The notes under the pieces: generated by a model | The model's database searches: none | What the model was told of the DNA's origin: nothing | The model's input: only the letters and a program-made list of their open reading frames with translations | In this document: one piece after another, positions 27,301 to 41,459 of the stretch | Layout of the letters: each line of letters opens with the position of its first letter | Numbering within the stretch: position 1 is the stretch's first letter | Position numbers and translations under genes: made by a program | Assembly (NCBI RefSeq): GCF_024521635.1 | Contig: NW_026250407.1 | Coordinates: forward strand, 1,054,001 to 1,118,000 | Origin: Tricharina praecox | Lineage: Eukaryota | Length of the DNA stretch: 64,000 nucleotides | Direction of reading: 5' to 3'

Positions 27301-28397
27301 CTCGTCCCCACCATCGGTGTGACCTACAGGGGAGAATCGAAAGAGCCCGGAAGCAAAGGAACGCGGAGACACAGAGAGTGGAGAAAAGCGTGGCGGATCT
27401 TCCGGACTGCCTGCTGCCGCCTGCTGCCTGCTGCCCTTGCGCCTCCACGATCAACAACACTCCGTCGGCGGGCCACACGCTCCGACGCAACCCAGGGAAC
27501 ACCCAGGGACCGCCGTCCGAAATCTTTCCGGGGGGGTTAGTTTTTCTGGTTTTCTCCAGCCAGCCGTTACCCAGTTTACTCTAGGCAGGGTACCGTAGGT
27601 AACTCTGGGTACTTACTGAGGTACTAGTAGCGCAGCGCAGTGAACTGTGAGGACTTAGTGGACCTCTTATACACACTCTACATACGCAGCCGCATGTATG
27701 TATGATATGTATGTGTTTTTTTTCTTCTTCTTTTCTTTACTTTTTGAAGAGTTGCACTCTCGGTGTACATATGCGCTCTAGAGTGGTCTGCCCTCTTGGT
27801 GGTTACTCAAGGGATCGTCATACATCATGCCTCCCCTCCCACCCCAAACCTCCACCCCGCCCCCCCCTCCCCGTTCCCCCACGCTTCTCCAAGCGCCATG
27901 TAACTACTCTACCACTCTACTGCTGCATCATGTCATCCCACGTCCGCGAAATTATTCCCGCTTTGGTCCCTCTTCTGTGGCCCGCCTCGCCGGGCCCAAC
28001 CTACTCGCACGCGCGCCCTTCAATATACGATGGAGTGATTGGGACTCGCGACAGAACGTGAGCGTGATTAGGTCTCCGGGAGTGACAGTGAGAGTGAGAG
28101 TGAGAGGGAACACTCGAGACAAAGCCCGACAGCCAGCCAGCCATCACGGAAGAGTGAGACAGAGAGCGAGCTATTTTTTTTTCGTTTTGCTGCCCTGTCT
28201 CCGCATAAACCCCGGTTCGCGCGAATCTGGATGGATGGATATACCCAGACATGCCATAGATTTGTCCATTTTTCGTACTGGTCGCCTGTCTGATTCCAAC
28301 GTACCCTGCAATGCGGGGTGTGTCTCTGATTCTGGATGGACCTGGTCATGGAGCTGAAGCTCTTCCGCGGACCCAATCCCAACGCTCCTCCTCCTCC

Positions 28398-28633
28398 TCC
28401 ACCACCACCACCACCACCTTCACCACCACCACCACCACCACTACCACCACCACCTCCACCACCACCACCTCCACCACCACTACCTCCACTGCACCGCAAC
28501 TGCGCCTAAAGTATGGAAAAAATAAACCCCGTGCGGCACGGCAGACTTTCTTGGAGGGGGATGGGGGAGCGAGCGAGCGGCTGGGCAGCGAAGCCTCGAT
28601 GATGCTGATGCTGATGATGATGATGATGATGAT
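28398..28633. repeat. (CCA)n and (GAT)n trinucleotide microsatellites
   Basis: CCA tract at ~28398-28489 and GAT tract at ~28598-28633. Confidence 0.9.
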
Positions 28634-29288
28634 GTCGGTTCCCAGAAACCCCGTGTACCCTCGTGACTCTGCCTGGCCCATGGCTTTTCTGCCGAGGAAA
28701 GGTCCCCCCCCCGAGTCCCTCGAAAGGCCGGTCTTACCAAGAACACCAACTACCACACACCACACACACACTCAGACACACACATCCTGAGCGGCGGGCG
28801 CACCATGTTACTTCCATCTGCTAAGCAAGAGCACGGTGCTCCTCCACCGATGGACCCCATATTCTCCTACCTACTTAAAAAGCTTCAGATGCCTCCCCAC
28901 TCTTCCCGTCACGCCAATTGCTTCTTCTCCCCCTTCCCTCACCCCACTACTCATCCGGACCATACCGTGCTCGACCATCCATATATACAAACGAAAGACT
29001 GCACCCTTCCGCCCCCTGGAACTACATACCTACTACTGCTACCTGCTACCGCTACTCCTGCTACTACCGCTACTACCGCTACTTCTCCTGTTGCTGCTGC
29101 CAGTCCGACTGCTAAAGAGTCAACATCGTCACCTCCTGGTTGGCAATTGCTTTTACTGCCTGCTCTTACATACACCTTGGTCGTCCTAGAGCATTCAATT
29201 ACCCAACTGCTCACAAACGGACACCTCACCCACCTCATAGAAAGTCTTCAACCTTTGAACGAATCGAAAGCTCCGCCAGACGTCCACG

Positions 29289-30022
29289 ATGCTCACTAAA
29301 TACGAGCCCGTAGGGAGCCTTGTTGCTCCCTCAACATCCTCAACACCATCTCTGCGCTCGATGGGCAAAGTACACTCTCGACCTACTCCGCGGCCGTCGT
29401 ACCGGCACATCTTCATCATCACCGGCCCAGCTGGTTGCGGAAAATCGTCGGTGGCCCTCCACCTGGCGAAGCAATTGGACTTGCCCTACATTGAAGGCGA
29501 CGACGTATGTCTACCCGCTTTGCCACATTTTTCCTCCTCCTCTTCTTCCACCACCGTTCCCTCGCTGACAGGATCTGATGTGTGTAGTACCACCCTCAAA
29601 GCAACGTCGACAAGATGGCCAGCGGCGTTCCCTTGACCGACGACGACCGCTGGGACTGGCTCGAAACGATCCGCAAGCAAGCCGTCGGCGAACTCGAGAA
29701 CGGTGCTTCCGGCTGCGTCGTAACCTGTTCCTGCCTGAAGCGCAAATACCGCGACGTGATCCGACTCGCGGGTCGCGAAGCCGACGATGTGGTCATGCGG
29801 TTCGTCTACCTCCGCGCCGACAAGGAGTTGTTGCTCTCGCGCGTCCGCGCACGGAAGGGCCACTACATGAAGGACGACATGGTAGCGAGCCAGTTCGAGG
29901 CGCTCGAGGAGCCCGATGAGACGGAGACGGACGTTATCCCTATCGATGTCGGTGGGACGCTGGATTCGGTGAAGGATGCTTCCATGGATCAGGTTACCAG
30001 AGTCATGGACGAGCATGTATGA
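29289..30022 (+). CDS. Gluconokinase (GntK/IdnK family); intron 29505-29587
   Basis: P-loop ITGPAGCGKSS, EGDDYHPQSNVDKMASGVPLTDDDRWDWL, CSCLKRKYRD, HYMKDDMVASQFEALEEP. Confidence 0.93.
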
Positions 30023-30638
30023 TAGCGAAAAAGGGGGGGTTGTGGTTTTGAGGTTTTCCTTTTTTTTGCCTTTTTTTCTATTGATTAAAGTTTTTTGACT
30101 TTCCCTCGACCAAAGCCTTTTTCTTTTTTTGTTACTTCCTGGACATTCCGTTTGGTTTTGCGTTTAGCCTGTCTGTGGGGACTTTTTTTTGCCCCACGTT
30201 GAGTTGAGTGAATGAATTTCCTTTTTCCTTTTCTTTTTCTTTTCTTTTCGAGCGCAACTTCTGTACTGGGACTTCTTTTTGGGCTGTCTGGCGTGGGCGT
30301 GGGCGTGATGTTTGTTTTCTGCGATTTGTTTTTTTGCAGTGTTCTTATTTATTTATTTATAAATTATCAACGTTCGAACTTCGGTCCTCGGCGCTCTCTC
30401 TCTTTCTTTTTCGGCCGTTCAAACTTTCTTTCTTTCCTTCTGAAGGGAAGGGAGGGTGGGTTTCGGGGTTTTTGCTATTTGTCCGCCTCGACTCTCGAGG
30501 CGTCTCTTCCCCCCCACTATTTCATGCTTCATGCCCCACAGTTTCCAATGGAGCGAATGGAATCTATATGTAGAAAATAAAGTACGCCTTGAAAGTTGAG
30601 TGCTTTATGACCTCCAAATACACATCATATGATCCACG

Positions 30639-30790
30639 GTGTATGCTTGGGTGCAGGCTTGGGTGTATGCTTGGGTGTATTGCTTGACTGTGTGCTTGAC
30701 TGTGTGCTTGACTGTGTGCTTGACTGTGTGCTTGACTGTGTGCTTGACTGTGTGCTTGACTGTGTGCTTGATGGTGTATGCTTGACGGGA
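30639..30790. repeat. 12-bp minisatellite (GCTTGACTGTGT)n with degenerate flanks
   Basis: Seven perfect units from 30682, plus degenerate GCTTGGGTGT-type units. Confidence 0.95.
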
Positions 30791-30873
30791 ATATGTAACG
30801 TAAACTCTTGCTCCATTATAGCGAATCTATGGTATCCTCAACCCCCATCCAATCCAATCCAGCCCAATCCGTC

Positions 30874-31057
30874 CGTACACAATCAATACGTACAATCAAT
30901 CAATACGTACACAATCAATACGTACAATCAATCAATACGTACACAATCAATCAATACGTACACAATCAATCAATACGTACACAATCAATCAATACGTACA
31001 CAATCAATCAATACGTACACAATCAATCAATACGTACACAATCAATCAATACGTACA
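30874..31057. repeat. 19-bp minisatellite (TACGTACACAATCAATCAA)n
   Basis: About 11 units, shorter variants at the left end; begins ~28 bp past the BCKDH E2 stop codon. Confidence 0.95.
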
Positions 31058-31084
31058 ACCCCCCCCCCCAATTCCCTGATCACT

Positions 31085-32712
31085 TCAACGCAGCGCCACC
31101 AGCAGCTTCTCCGGCTCCTGCACAAGCTCTCTAACCCTTGCCGCCATCCGCGCCATAGTCGCGCCATCAACGACCCTATGATCCGCGCTCCACGAGAAGT
31201 TGACGACAGAGCGCTTAACCAGCTCGCCCGCGTCGTCGAACGCGGGGACAGTCCGTGCGCGGCCCATACCCAGAATTGCCACCTCGCTCGGCACGATCAC
31301 TGGTGCCACAACCGTCCCGCCAATGTTCCCGATATTGCTGACCGTGATTGTTCCGCCGGCCAGGTCCGCGGGCGCCAGCTTGCCCGCTGCGCCCAAAGCT
31401 TGTAGGCGCAGAAGCTCCGCTGCAATGCTCACGATGCTGTGCCGTGCCACGTCCTTGATGTTTGGCACCAGCAGGCCCAGCGGCGTGTCCATCGCCACGC
31501 CGATGTTGTGGATGGGCCGGCGGATGAGCTGCGGCTTTGCGCCTGCCGTGATGGAGACGCGGCTGTTGAGCAGCGGGTACTCGGACAGTGCTACCGAAAC
31601 CGCTTTGATGATGAACGGCATGTATGTTAGCCGCTGTGTGCTGGCGAGCGTGCCGCGGATCCGCGCGAGTGCGTCGAGGGCGACTTCGTCGCTGTAGAGG
31701 AAGTGTGGGATGCTCAGTGAGGCGGTCATCACTTTGAACATTTGGTGCTGGATCGGCGTCAGCGGGATGAGCTCGTCCTGCTGTTCCGCCGCTGCCGCCA
31801 GTGTCGTAGTGGTGGTGGTGGGAGTAGTGGTGGCAGCCGTCTCTGCACCCGCCGCCGCCGCCGCCGAATCCTCCGAAAACCTCGTAATATCCTCCTTCAG
31901 CACCCGCCCATCCTTCCCCGTGCCCGTGACGTCAGCGATATCAACGCCCAGCTCCCTCGAGATCCTTCGGACCGCTGGTGTGGCCAAGGTTTCGTTCCTT
32001 GCTATCTCCGCCGGCGTACGTATTGCAGCTGCTGCCATTGCTGCCACTCCAGCTGCTGCGGTCTCCGACACACCCGCACCCCCCGCCGCCACCGCCAACC
32101 CGCCATTTTCAGATGGCGTGGGCGTGGACGTGGACGGCTCCCCCGACGGGCCCAATTGCGGATCGTCCGCGACTTCCGCCGCTAGGTCGATATCCACCAG
32201 TGGCTATATAGTGCCAGCGAAACGCGGGGTGTTAGCCCGCCGCCATATCATCATAGGTGCAGCCCACCAATCACCTCTATACACACCCACACACGCACGC
32301 ACACACACACACACACACAAACATACCTTCCCCACAATCGCCATCTCGCCCGCCTGATAGTGCAATTTCTTGATCACCCCATCGAACCTACTCGTAATCT
32401 AACCGTCCGTCCCCCGCAATTCGTTAGCCAATCTCCCTCTCCCTTTCCCTCTCTCCCATCCCGTAGGTTATGTAGGTTAAGTAGGTAGGTACACACCTCG
32501 ACAGACGCTTTATCGCTCTGCACCTCGCACAGCTTGTCGAACTGCTCGACGCGCGCCTCGGGCTCGACAAACCACTGGATCACCTCGCACTCGCGAATGC
32601 CCTCGCCGATGTCGGCCAGCAGGAACGGCTTTATTGCTAGGCGCGGCGGGAGCGTGCTGAAGCTGCGCTGGAGCGGGCGACGGAGGAGCGGGCGAAGAAG
32701 GAGGGGTCGCAT
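31085..32712 (-). CDS. Branched-chain alpha-keto acid dehydrogenase E2 (lipoamide acyltransferase, DBT-like), 3 exons
   Basis: Mitochondrial presequence, lipoyl domain [13 protein letters not shown]...[11 protein letters not shown]3-binding LATPAVRR...[12 protein letters not shown], catalytic [10 protein letters not shown]. Confidence 0.93.
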
Positions 32713-34824
32713 TTTTCGGAAGGAGTGATTGTGAGAGGAGAGGATGAGGAGGGGGATTGAGATGGTGGTGGGAGGGCTGGTGTTGCTGGTGGTAGGTGGA
32801 CGGACGGCCTGCGTCGCGTTGGAGCTTGCGCTGCCCTGCCCTGCCGTGGATAGCCGCTCTGAGCTCAAGCTTACTTGCCTGCCTGCTGCTTGCTTTCACG
32901 AGCTCCTGACCCCAGGGTACAGTAGGTACGATGCAAGGGCCGGAGGCCCGGAGCGACGGAGCGTGCTGTGGGGGAAGACACCTACCTTATATAGCCTGAA
33001 GAGATAGCTATTAGGTGCTTATGACAGGCGATCTCCCAATTCACTGAATTGATCTCAGCGTGAGTGGGCTCGGATAAAACAGAACAGAACATTGCGGATC
33101 ACTCCGCCTCGTCTCGGCATGGCACGGCTCGGGTTCTCCGCATTTCGCTAACAGCCGGCCCTTTATTATCTACGCGTCGATCACTCACTCACGGGGGCAG
33201 TCACGACGGAGTCACTCGTGTGAAGCACAAAGTATGGAGGATTTTCGGACGGACATCCGGCAATTCCATTAAGCTCGAGCACGAGACAGTTATGTACAAT
33301 CTATCGGGGCCCAGGACCAGACAGAGATGGCCTACCTTATGTAGGTAGATAGCTGTGCGTACTGGTGTTACTCCGGTTCGAGTATTTGTCCCATGTATCG
33401 AGCTCCACCTAAGTAGAGTATCCCCACGACAACGACGACAACGGTGTACCCACTCGTTGTCCCATTCCGCTATGAAACGGCTATGTACTCGGTAGCCTAC
33501 CTATGGCAAATCATGTCCCTTCCGTGAAGTTCCATCCTTACGGCGCCTCCCAGATCGCGCGACCAGACCTCGGCGATATGTCATCGTCATCTTCAGGGCT
33601 CACTCATCCACCGGTGCGGTGCGGCTTGTCGGGAACTGTCTATGTAGGTACGTAGGTATACGGTGCCCCACCACCAACTACTACGTGTGATGTACACGGT
33701 AAAGTAACTCGCACAATCGCCACTGCGACACCACAGCGATATCTGTGGGACACCCTGCCACCTGTATCATTCCGCCGGATGCGGCAGCAGGGGCGGCCGA
33801 ACTTCAACGAAGTGATTAGCAAGCCGTGGCCCATAGCCCGTGGGGGGGTTCGAGAACGTACATGATCGACCCCCGTCTGGAAACCGGGGCTGAGATGGCG
33901 ATCTACCTTCCTACATACTTATCTCTCCAGCGTCCGGATGTTTATGCCTACATGCGTGGGGGCGGCCTCGCCGGGCGAATTGAGCTGGCCGAGAACCTGG
34001 CACGAAAGCCTACCCGCCATCTCCTAGATGGATGGACTTCTAGGCCCATGCTGTGTTGTGAACCAAATTACACAGCACATCACATCACTCACTGGCGCTG
34101 GCACTCTCGACGAGATCCTCACATGTTCCCATTCACTCATCACCCCACAGGCCATCGTGAACGAGACGATATCACTCTTCTCTTCATGTCTATAGACAGG
34201 CCAGACAGAAAGATACTCCAACACGCCAACCACACTAGACCCTACGGCCACCATCACCATCATCAACTTGTAGTCCCAGTCCTATACGAACCCATCTCTC
34301 CGTAGGCCTCAAAGCTTCCCTTCATCCACGACATTGACTTATTATACAAACCAAGCAGATAAGCAGAAAACAGAAACAGACCCCCAAAACCCCATTTGGC
34401 TGACGGTAGAACCAACTACATTTACACACAATCGGGAATGAAAAGCAAAGCAAAACCCACGCCCCGCCTAGAAAAGAAAAAAAGGAGAAACCAAGCGGTT
34501 ACTTCAAGAGTAGAAGGACAACTATGCGGAAATAGAACAGAGAACGCCTTGATCGATTAAATGGAACCCCCACCCAATCGCCGGACAGGTAATTGAAAAA
34601 GAATTTGAAGTCGCATCGCATTCGAAAGGTAAAACAGAACGCTACAAATATAAAGCAGACCCAAGCAACCCACCTATTATAATGATACATCACCATCATC
34701 AAAGGAAATTCAAGATCAACGAGCAGGAGCAGACGCGGAATGGTGTAGCCAAAGATCAGCATCACATTCCAGCCGGAAGAACTGGCAGGTTCAAGCCCAT
34801 GCGCAGTACCGGTCTCCTGTCGTA

Positions 34825-37800
34825 TCATTTCTTCTCCGCCTTCGAGCTGGCAATCTTCGAGTAGAAGGTCTCCAGTGCCGTCCATGGGTTCTTCTGGGAA
34901 GTCCAGTGAAACCTCCAAAAAACGTACCTACGGGGGCGAGTCAGCATGAGACATTGCGCGATGGGCTTGCCGAACTTACCAGAGATCTTCGTACTCGGGA
35001 GAGCCCTTCTTCGAATGCTGGGCTATGTAGTTTCCTACCGTGGAGACGCATTCCATCAAGCCCTGGCTCCGGCGGGTCTTGTCCTTGTCCTTCATCGCCC
35101 CGGACAGGACGTCAAGACTGTGCTTGACCTCGGGAGAGCTGCGCAGTTTGGTCTGCAAAAAAAAACCGTTAGCACTTTTCCAAACTGTCGGATTGAAGGG
35201 ATGCATACAACTGCCAACTTCTCGTTCCTCGTCAGATCGCGAGACGTCTCATCTAGGTTCTGGGTAGAACCGTCTTTCCGGAGGTGGGATGGCCTGGAAG
35301 TAGGCGTGCCATTCGCTGGCGACGCTGCAGGCTTCCCCCGAACTTCCAAGCGCGGACTATCCTGTTCCATCGATGGGCGACGCTTCTTCCGGACCACCTT
35401 GCTTCCGTCGTCCTCTTCGTGCCGACGTTTCTTCTTCGGCTCACGGATCTTATCTCGTGGCCGGCGGGAGTCGGTGGGGGCATCTCTTCCCTTGGACTTC
35501 GTCTTCTTAATTCGCGGTGCCGGTGAGGCGGAGGACGTGCCCCCGTTGCGCTTCAGGTGGCGGTAGGCATCTGACGGTGACTTTCTCGCACGGCTCAAGC
35601 CCATCTCCACACGCTCCTTCAAGACACCAAGCAGGTAGTCTGCTCGGCGAACCAAGTGGACGGCGCCAGGTGACTTGGCCTGGGATTCTGCGTTTCCTCG
35701 CTCCACTTTCTTGTCAACACGGTGCTCCTCGAGGAAGAACTTGTTGTGCATTGCAAGCTCCGGATCGTCACGGATTGCCGTCCACGCACCATACCCGTGC
35801 TTGACAATGCCAACACAGAGCATTGAATCCTCCCGGGTTCCCCACTCACAAGACCAGTTGTGTACTGGCTTGACATCATTGATGCGGAACTTCGTGCGAT
35901 CGTCCCAAGCGTCGACAGCCCGCTTCAGGATCTTCAGCTCCTCTGGTCTGATCAGGATCGTCTCGGCATTGAGCTTCTTCGCGCCCTTGTAGTCGAAGAG
36001 AACAGCCTTCTTCTCCTTCTTGCCGGCATCTCCCAGGGTGGATCGATGCATTTGGATGGCCTCTTCACTCAAGCGAATCCAGTCATGGATGGTAGCTCTG
36101 ATCATCTCCGGATCTCGTCCCTCCAGCCCCGCGTCCTTGAGAATCTCGCTCCAACAGTCGTCAAGCAGCCCGTAACGGGTGTACGACCTGTATAGATTTC
36201 GAATCTCGCGAACATTCAAGGGCTGGCCGGGATCGAATTCCGGTTCGTCGTCGCTGTCGGTCATCCGTGCAGAAAGCTCTTTCGCTCGTCTCTTTGCCGT
36301 TCGGCCCCCCTGCTCCCCGTCTGCGACCGGTTTGCGCTTGCGGCCCGAGCTCATCTCGATCTGCTCGTTGAGAAAGTCTTCTTCCTCTTTGCTCTTCTCC
36401 TGCGCCCGTAGTGCCTCCAGTTCTTCCTTGGGAATGATGTCATCCCAGGAGACATCGGCTTTGAAATCCGTGACCGCGAACTGCTTCAAGAATTCGTCAC
36501 CACCTTCGCCCCCGAGCCCGGTGTCCGCTTGAGTGATGTGGTCCTCGGCAGTGCTCAGGATATCGTCGATCTTCAGTTCCTCCAGCTTCTTCTGGTTGTC
36601 TGTGGCCTCGAACATCTTCGATGCTCGGGCTTTGAGGATTGCCGAAAGCTCCGACGAAGGGATCTTATCGGACTTCCCGTCCTTGACTCGGTCCACTATA
36701 CCCTTGTCGGTCACTCCCAACGAGATGACAAGGTGCTCAAGGATCATCTTGTTGCGCGCGCGCTCCAATATCTCCTCTTCGATGGTGTCTTTGGACACCA
36801 ATCGATAAACCATGACGTGGTTCTTCTGGCCGATACGATGAGCGCGAGCCATTGCCTGGAGATCGGCCTGAGGGTTCCAGTCACTGTCGAAGAGGATAAC
36901 CGTGTCGGCGGTCATCAAATTGATGCCAAGTCCTCCAGCCCGGGTACTGAGGAGGAAGCAGAAGTCCGGGCTCCCAGGCGAATTGAAATGGTCAATCGAA
37001 ATACGCCTGGCCGCAGCGGGGATCGTACCGTCCAATCGCTGATGTGTGTACCCCTTCAGGTTCAGATAGTCGGCAAGAATATCCAACATCTGAACCATCT
37101 GACTGAAGATCAGTACACGATGGTTATCGGCCTTGAGCTTGGTAAGTAGCTGGTCCAGAAGGACCATCTTTCCACTGCTCATGACGAGAGCCCTAAGGGT
37201 CTCCTCTCTCGTAGCATTCGCCGAGAGGACCCTCTCCTCTGCCGACGCGAACATGAACGGGTGGTTGCTGGCCTTCTTCAGCTCCATCACGATGTTCAAC
37301 AGTGACTGTTGATGCCCGTTCCCGCCAGCATTCAGCGCCGCATAGTTGCGGGTGATGATGTTCTTGTAGTATTCGGTCTGGAGGTCAGACAACTCCACCC
37401 GAATAATCTTCTCCGACTTGGAAGGCAAGGACTTCTCGACCGACTTCTTGACCCGCCGCAACATGTATGGCTTGAGGGTCTGCTGCAGTGCCTCGATCTG
37501 CTTCGCAGCATCGACGGACTGCAGGTCGACATCATAATCGATGTCGATCCTCCCGGGCATCAAGAAGTCAACCAGAGCGCCCAGCTCTTTCAGGTTGTTC
37601 TGAAGAGGCGTACCGGTAATCAACAACCGACTGGTTGCTTTGAAGAGATTCAATTTGTCGTACAGCGATGACTCCTTGTTCTTCAGCCGGTGAGCTTCGT
37701 CAACCGCCATAAACTGCCACCGGATTGGCATCAAGTTGGCCCAGTCGTTGATAACATACTCGTAGGTCGTAACCACGCAGTTGAACTTGGGCTTCTTTGG

Positions 37801-39873
37801 GTTCCCATCGACGTAGAACTCGTGTTCTCGGATGATATTCCGTGCACCCTGAGACCCCGTATAGATGAGGTAATTCATGTCCGGTGCCCAGTTATCAAAC
37901 GTCTCGGCCCACGAAGGGACAGTCGAGAGGGGAACCACAACCAAGAAGGGGCCGTGCTGATGCCGGTCGTGGCGAAGCTAGAGAGCAGCCGAATCAGCAC
38001 TTTGCCAGAAGTATTTGATCAGCGATAACATACCCAGCTCATGAAAGCAACCGTCTGAACTGTCTTGCCCAACCCCATCTCGTCGGCAAGGATGCCATTG
38101 TGACCTTTGGTCCAATTGTAGGCAAGCCAGTTCAAGCCCTTCATCTGGAAATCCCGCAATTCGCCGTTCTTGATATACGAGGGCTGTGCCTCTAGCTTCT
38201 TATAGCTTCGTCTGGTAGCCACGTTCGATTCCGACTGCTTGGAGACTTGCACAGTCTTGGATCGATTCCAGTATTTGTCCACCTGTTCAGGTGCCAACGC
38301 AATTATGAGATCACCTTCCTCCCAGGTGCAGGCCTCGTAGGTCAATCGTTTCCCTTCAGAAGCATCAGCAAAAATGTACAGTTGAGAATAGCGGGGGATG
38401 CACACATTTAACCATATACTGCCTTCCGGTATCTAAGTCACGATGGGCGATGACCCTCTCCACGATGTGAAATGCAGCATTCTCTTCCCTCCGTCGCTCC
38501 TGCTTGAGGTTCAATTGTTCGATCTCTTCGGGTGTCGTAGATGGGTTCGTCCGAATCCAATAATCCGCGAGAACAACCTTTCGCATATAGTTCTCAAGTT
38601 TTCGGTATCCCTTCTGACCTACAAGGTTGTCCATAGGTTCCCATGTGGCATGATAGTGGGATTCGCCTTGCCATTTGATCTGTCCAGTCGTTAGCCAAGT
38701 GACGGTGCACCGGGGAGCATTACACGTACCTGGAACTCCAGTCTATCTTTGTCGGCAGTCGGTATCGTGTCATCTACCAGAAGGTCAGTTCAAGCTGCAG
38801 TAGGGAAATCCGTGTTACATACCGAAGCCCTCTCTGATGCGGTGTCCAATGACAAGGTCAATGCCATTAGGAACTTCTTCCACCTGGTATTGGTCTTCCC
38901 CGTTGTCCTCCTCCGCATACTCTTCTTCGAATTCATCATCATCATCCTCGTTGTAGTTGGCAACCGCCGCGGCCGCACGTCTTGTGGAGAATCGGATTTC
39001 TGTGGCCTGCGAAACACTTTCCACTGCGATCTTTCGTCGTTTCCTCATAGCCTTCGGTCTCTTCTTCGTGCCATATTCGTCACTGTCTTCATCTTCAGAT
39101 GAGACGTAATGAACAGGAGACGGCAGTTTGGATGCTTTGAGAAGAGGGGGTTAGCTACAGCTGAGCCCCGCTAGCACTGTGACAGACAGAAGCTTACATT
39201 TTGCGGATCTTGTAGGGGCCTTCTTTCGTTTTGTCTTCTGTCGACTGCTCTTCGGCTCCGAGTCGTCTTCGTCCTCATCATCGTCGTCGTCATTGTTTTC
39301 CGAGTCCCCGCTGCTGTCAACCTGGTGATAGTTAGTTGATCGTTCCGTAGGCTGGGTCGAAAATACATCACATACCAGTGTTCGAGTATTTCGTGCGCGT
39401 TCCTGTAGCGTGATGATTAGAACAGTGATCGAAGATAGTAGGGTAGATAGGAGAGGGCTTACACTCCGTCGTAGGCCGTATAAGTCTGGGTTCTCATAAT
39501 ACTCGTTCGCAGCCTTCTCCTTCGAGGGTCTCTGAAGAGATGCCTTTTCAGATTCAGCATCGCTAGACTGCTCTTCGACCTCCTCTTCTTGTACATCTTC
39601 GTCTTCTTCGAAGTCGCCATCATCGGATCCGACATCGTCCTCCTCCGATGAGCTTTCTACATCAGGTTCATCGTCATCCTCCTCCTCTTCGTGTTTCGAT
39701 TCGACGGTCGACGCGGACTCGTCGACGTCGTCTGGTGGTTCTACATCCGATACGTCCACGTCGTCCTCCTCTTCTGATGAGCTAGAAGGGTCTGCAAGAT
39801 CGGTAGCCATGGAGTATGTATGTGTGTCCGCGATCGACACGGGTGTGCCGACAACTTGCAGCGGCAGTACCAT
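34825..39873 (-). CDS. CHD1: Chromodomain helicase DNA-binding protein Chd1/Hrp3 (multi-exon; start at 39873 or 39810)
   Basis: [12 protein letters not shown]-terminal motif, tandem chromodomains, [17 protein letters not shown]2 helicase motifs, SANT-SLIDE ([29 protein letters not shown]); last exon ends AEKK* at 34825. Confidence 0.95.
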
Positions 39874-41459
39874 GCTACCTGCTATACCACCACTATCAGC
39901 AACAATATCTCGAGCGCAAAACAGATTGAGGGCAGCGGAATGAGTGCGAAGGTTCTCCAGAGCAAGGCGACTCCGATGCACGCATCGGCGACAGGATAAG
40001 TCCTGTCAATGGCCAGTGCGGTCATTTCGGGGATGCGAGGAGCATAGCTCGACGATGTCCTTGAAGAGACACGACCACCGGCTCGGATGGCTGCCACGGC
40101 CCCGCAACACGCAGAGGGAAGAAGGAAAGCGGATGAAATGAATGAGCAGACGAATCGACACGTGAATATAGGGTTCACGAGACGAGCCACGAGCGTGGTA
40201 TATCGTGGTTCGTCGCGGGGAGGTTGAGGCTCGACGGGATCAGGCCGGCAGAGAAGGAGCGAAATTCGAGCACACACGTAAAATGAAAACGAGGACTACT
40301 TACAAGCCATGGTAATGCACTTTGATCGTATCAGCGAAGGAAATTCGAGAGAAATGATTGCGAGTTTGTTTGGTTGTGGTGGTGGGTGGAGCGTTCGGGG
40401 TGGATGTGGTGGCGGGCTATCGATGTGTGGGAGGTTCGTGATAATCGGGGTGTTGGGGTTTGAGGGAGTCTGGGTTGGATGCGGACCGAACTGAGATTAG
40501 GAGAACCGGGTGGTGTGGCGCCAAGCTAGTGTGTGTGGCTTGAAAGGCGGCTTTGTGACAGCCAAGCCAAAGTGGGAAAATAGAGGCAAAGCTAAACGAA
40601 TTTCTAGGTAGCGCTAAGCGGGGAGCAGTCGTTAAGCAGGTGCCAGAGCTTATATGCTCTCACCGTGTCTAACCCAGCGTTGAAGATAAACAGATCAGAG
40701 AATCTATTGAGATGAATTCTTCACTCAGTCAGGACCATCCACAACAGAGGGAGGAGAGCAGGTGTATATCCAAGGTATTCTCAAAGACTATTGGAGCATA
40801 CAGGACGAGGAGAAGGCACACGGTCGGTTTCTTCAACACTCGACTGAAGCCGAAATTCAGCATCCATCCAAAATCCAAGTGGATGTCATGTGCCGTAAAC
40901 GACCTGAGGTCTTCAAGAACTAGATATCCAGCGTTCGCGTAAACGCCTCTGCGTATTGGCGGAAAACTGTAAAAACACGTATTCCTCCACAGGGCCAGGG
41001 TATAGTGCCCATTTACTGTCCGCCGGCCAGCTGCAGACATTACCTGAGGGCTGTGCTGCACGGTTAACCTCGCGATGCTGCCTAGGGTCTACATAGAGTG
41101 CCGGTACCGGTATATGGAGCTCTCATGGCCATGACACGCCGCCGCCGCCGTGGCGGAATCGTCATGGAAATCCCTAAGTCGCGACATCTCTTCATTTGCT
41201 TCCATGGAGTTGAGGACCCTCAAACCTCGGCGATCCACTTCAAACCTCCTTTGCTGCCCCTTGCAAGCCAATCATTCTCCACATATATTGCTGTCCTCTT
41301 CTTTCACAAGTGCACCCCTGTAACCCTTGCGCCAACTAACTCGAAGGTGTCCCCTTCACTTCACGATCACAACATCCACAACAGCTTCAACAGCCCACAC
41401 GCACCATCCGCCCCACGTCACCGACTGTCGTTTCCCTTTCGCTTTCTTCGTGTCCAGCT

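Noticed and set aside
30682..31057. Regular repeats as a CRISPR-like array or a CVLD-repeat protein (ORF 30629-31405)
   Set aside because: Units are directly tandem with no unique spacers, the context is eukaryotic, and the ORF is just the translation of minisatellites antisense to BCKDH E2.
40690..41060. Short ORFs between CHD1 and the Mpv17 gene
   Set aside because: No recognisable motif or supportable gene structure.
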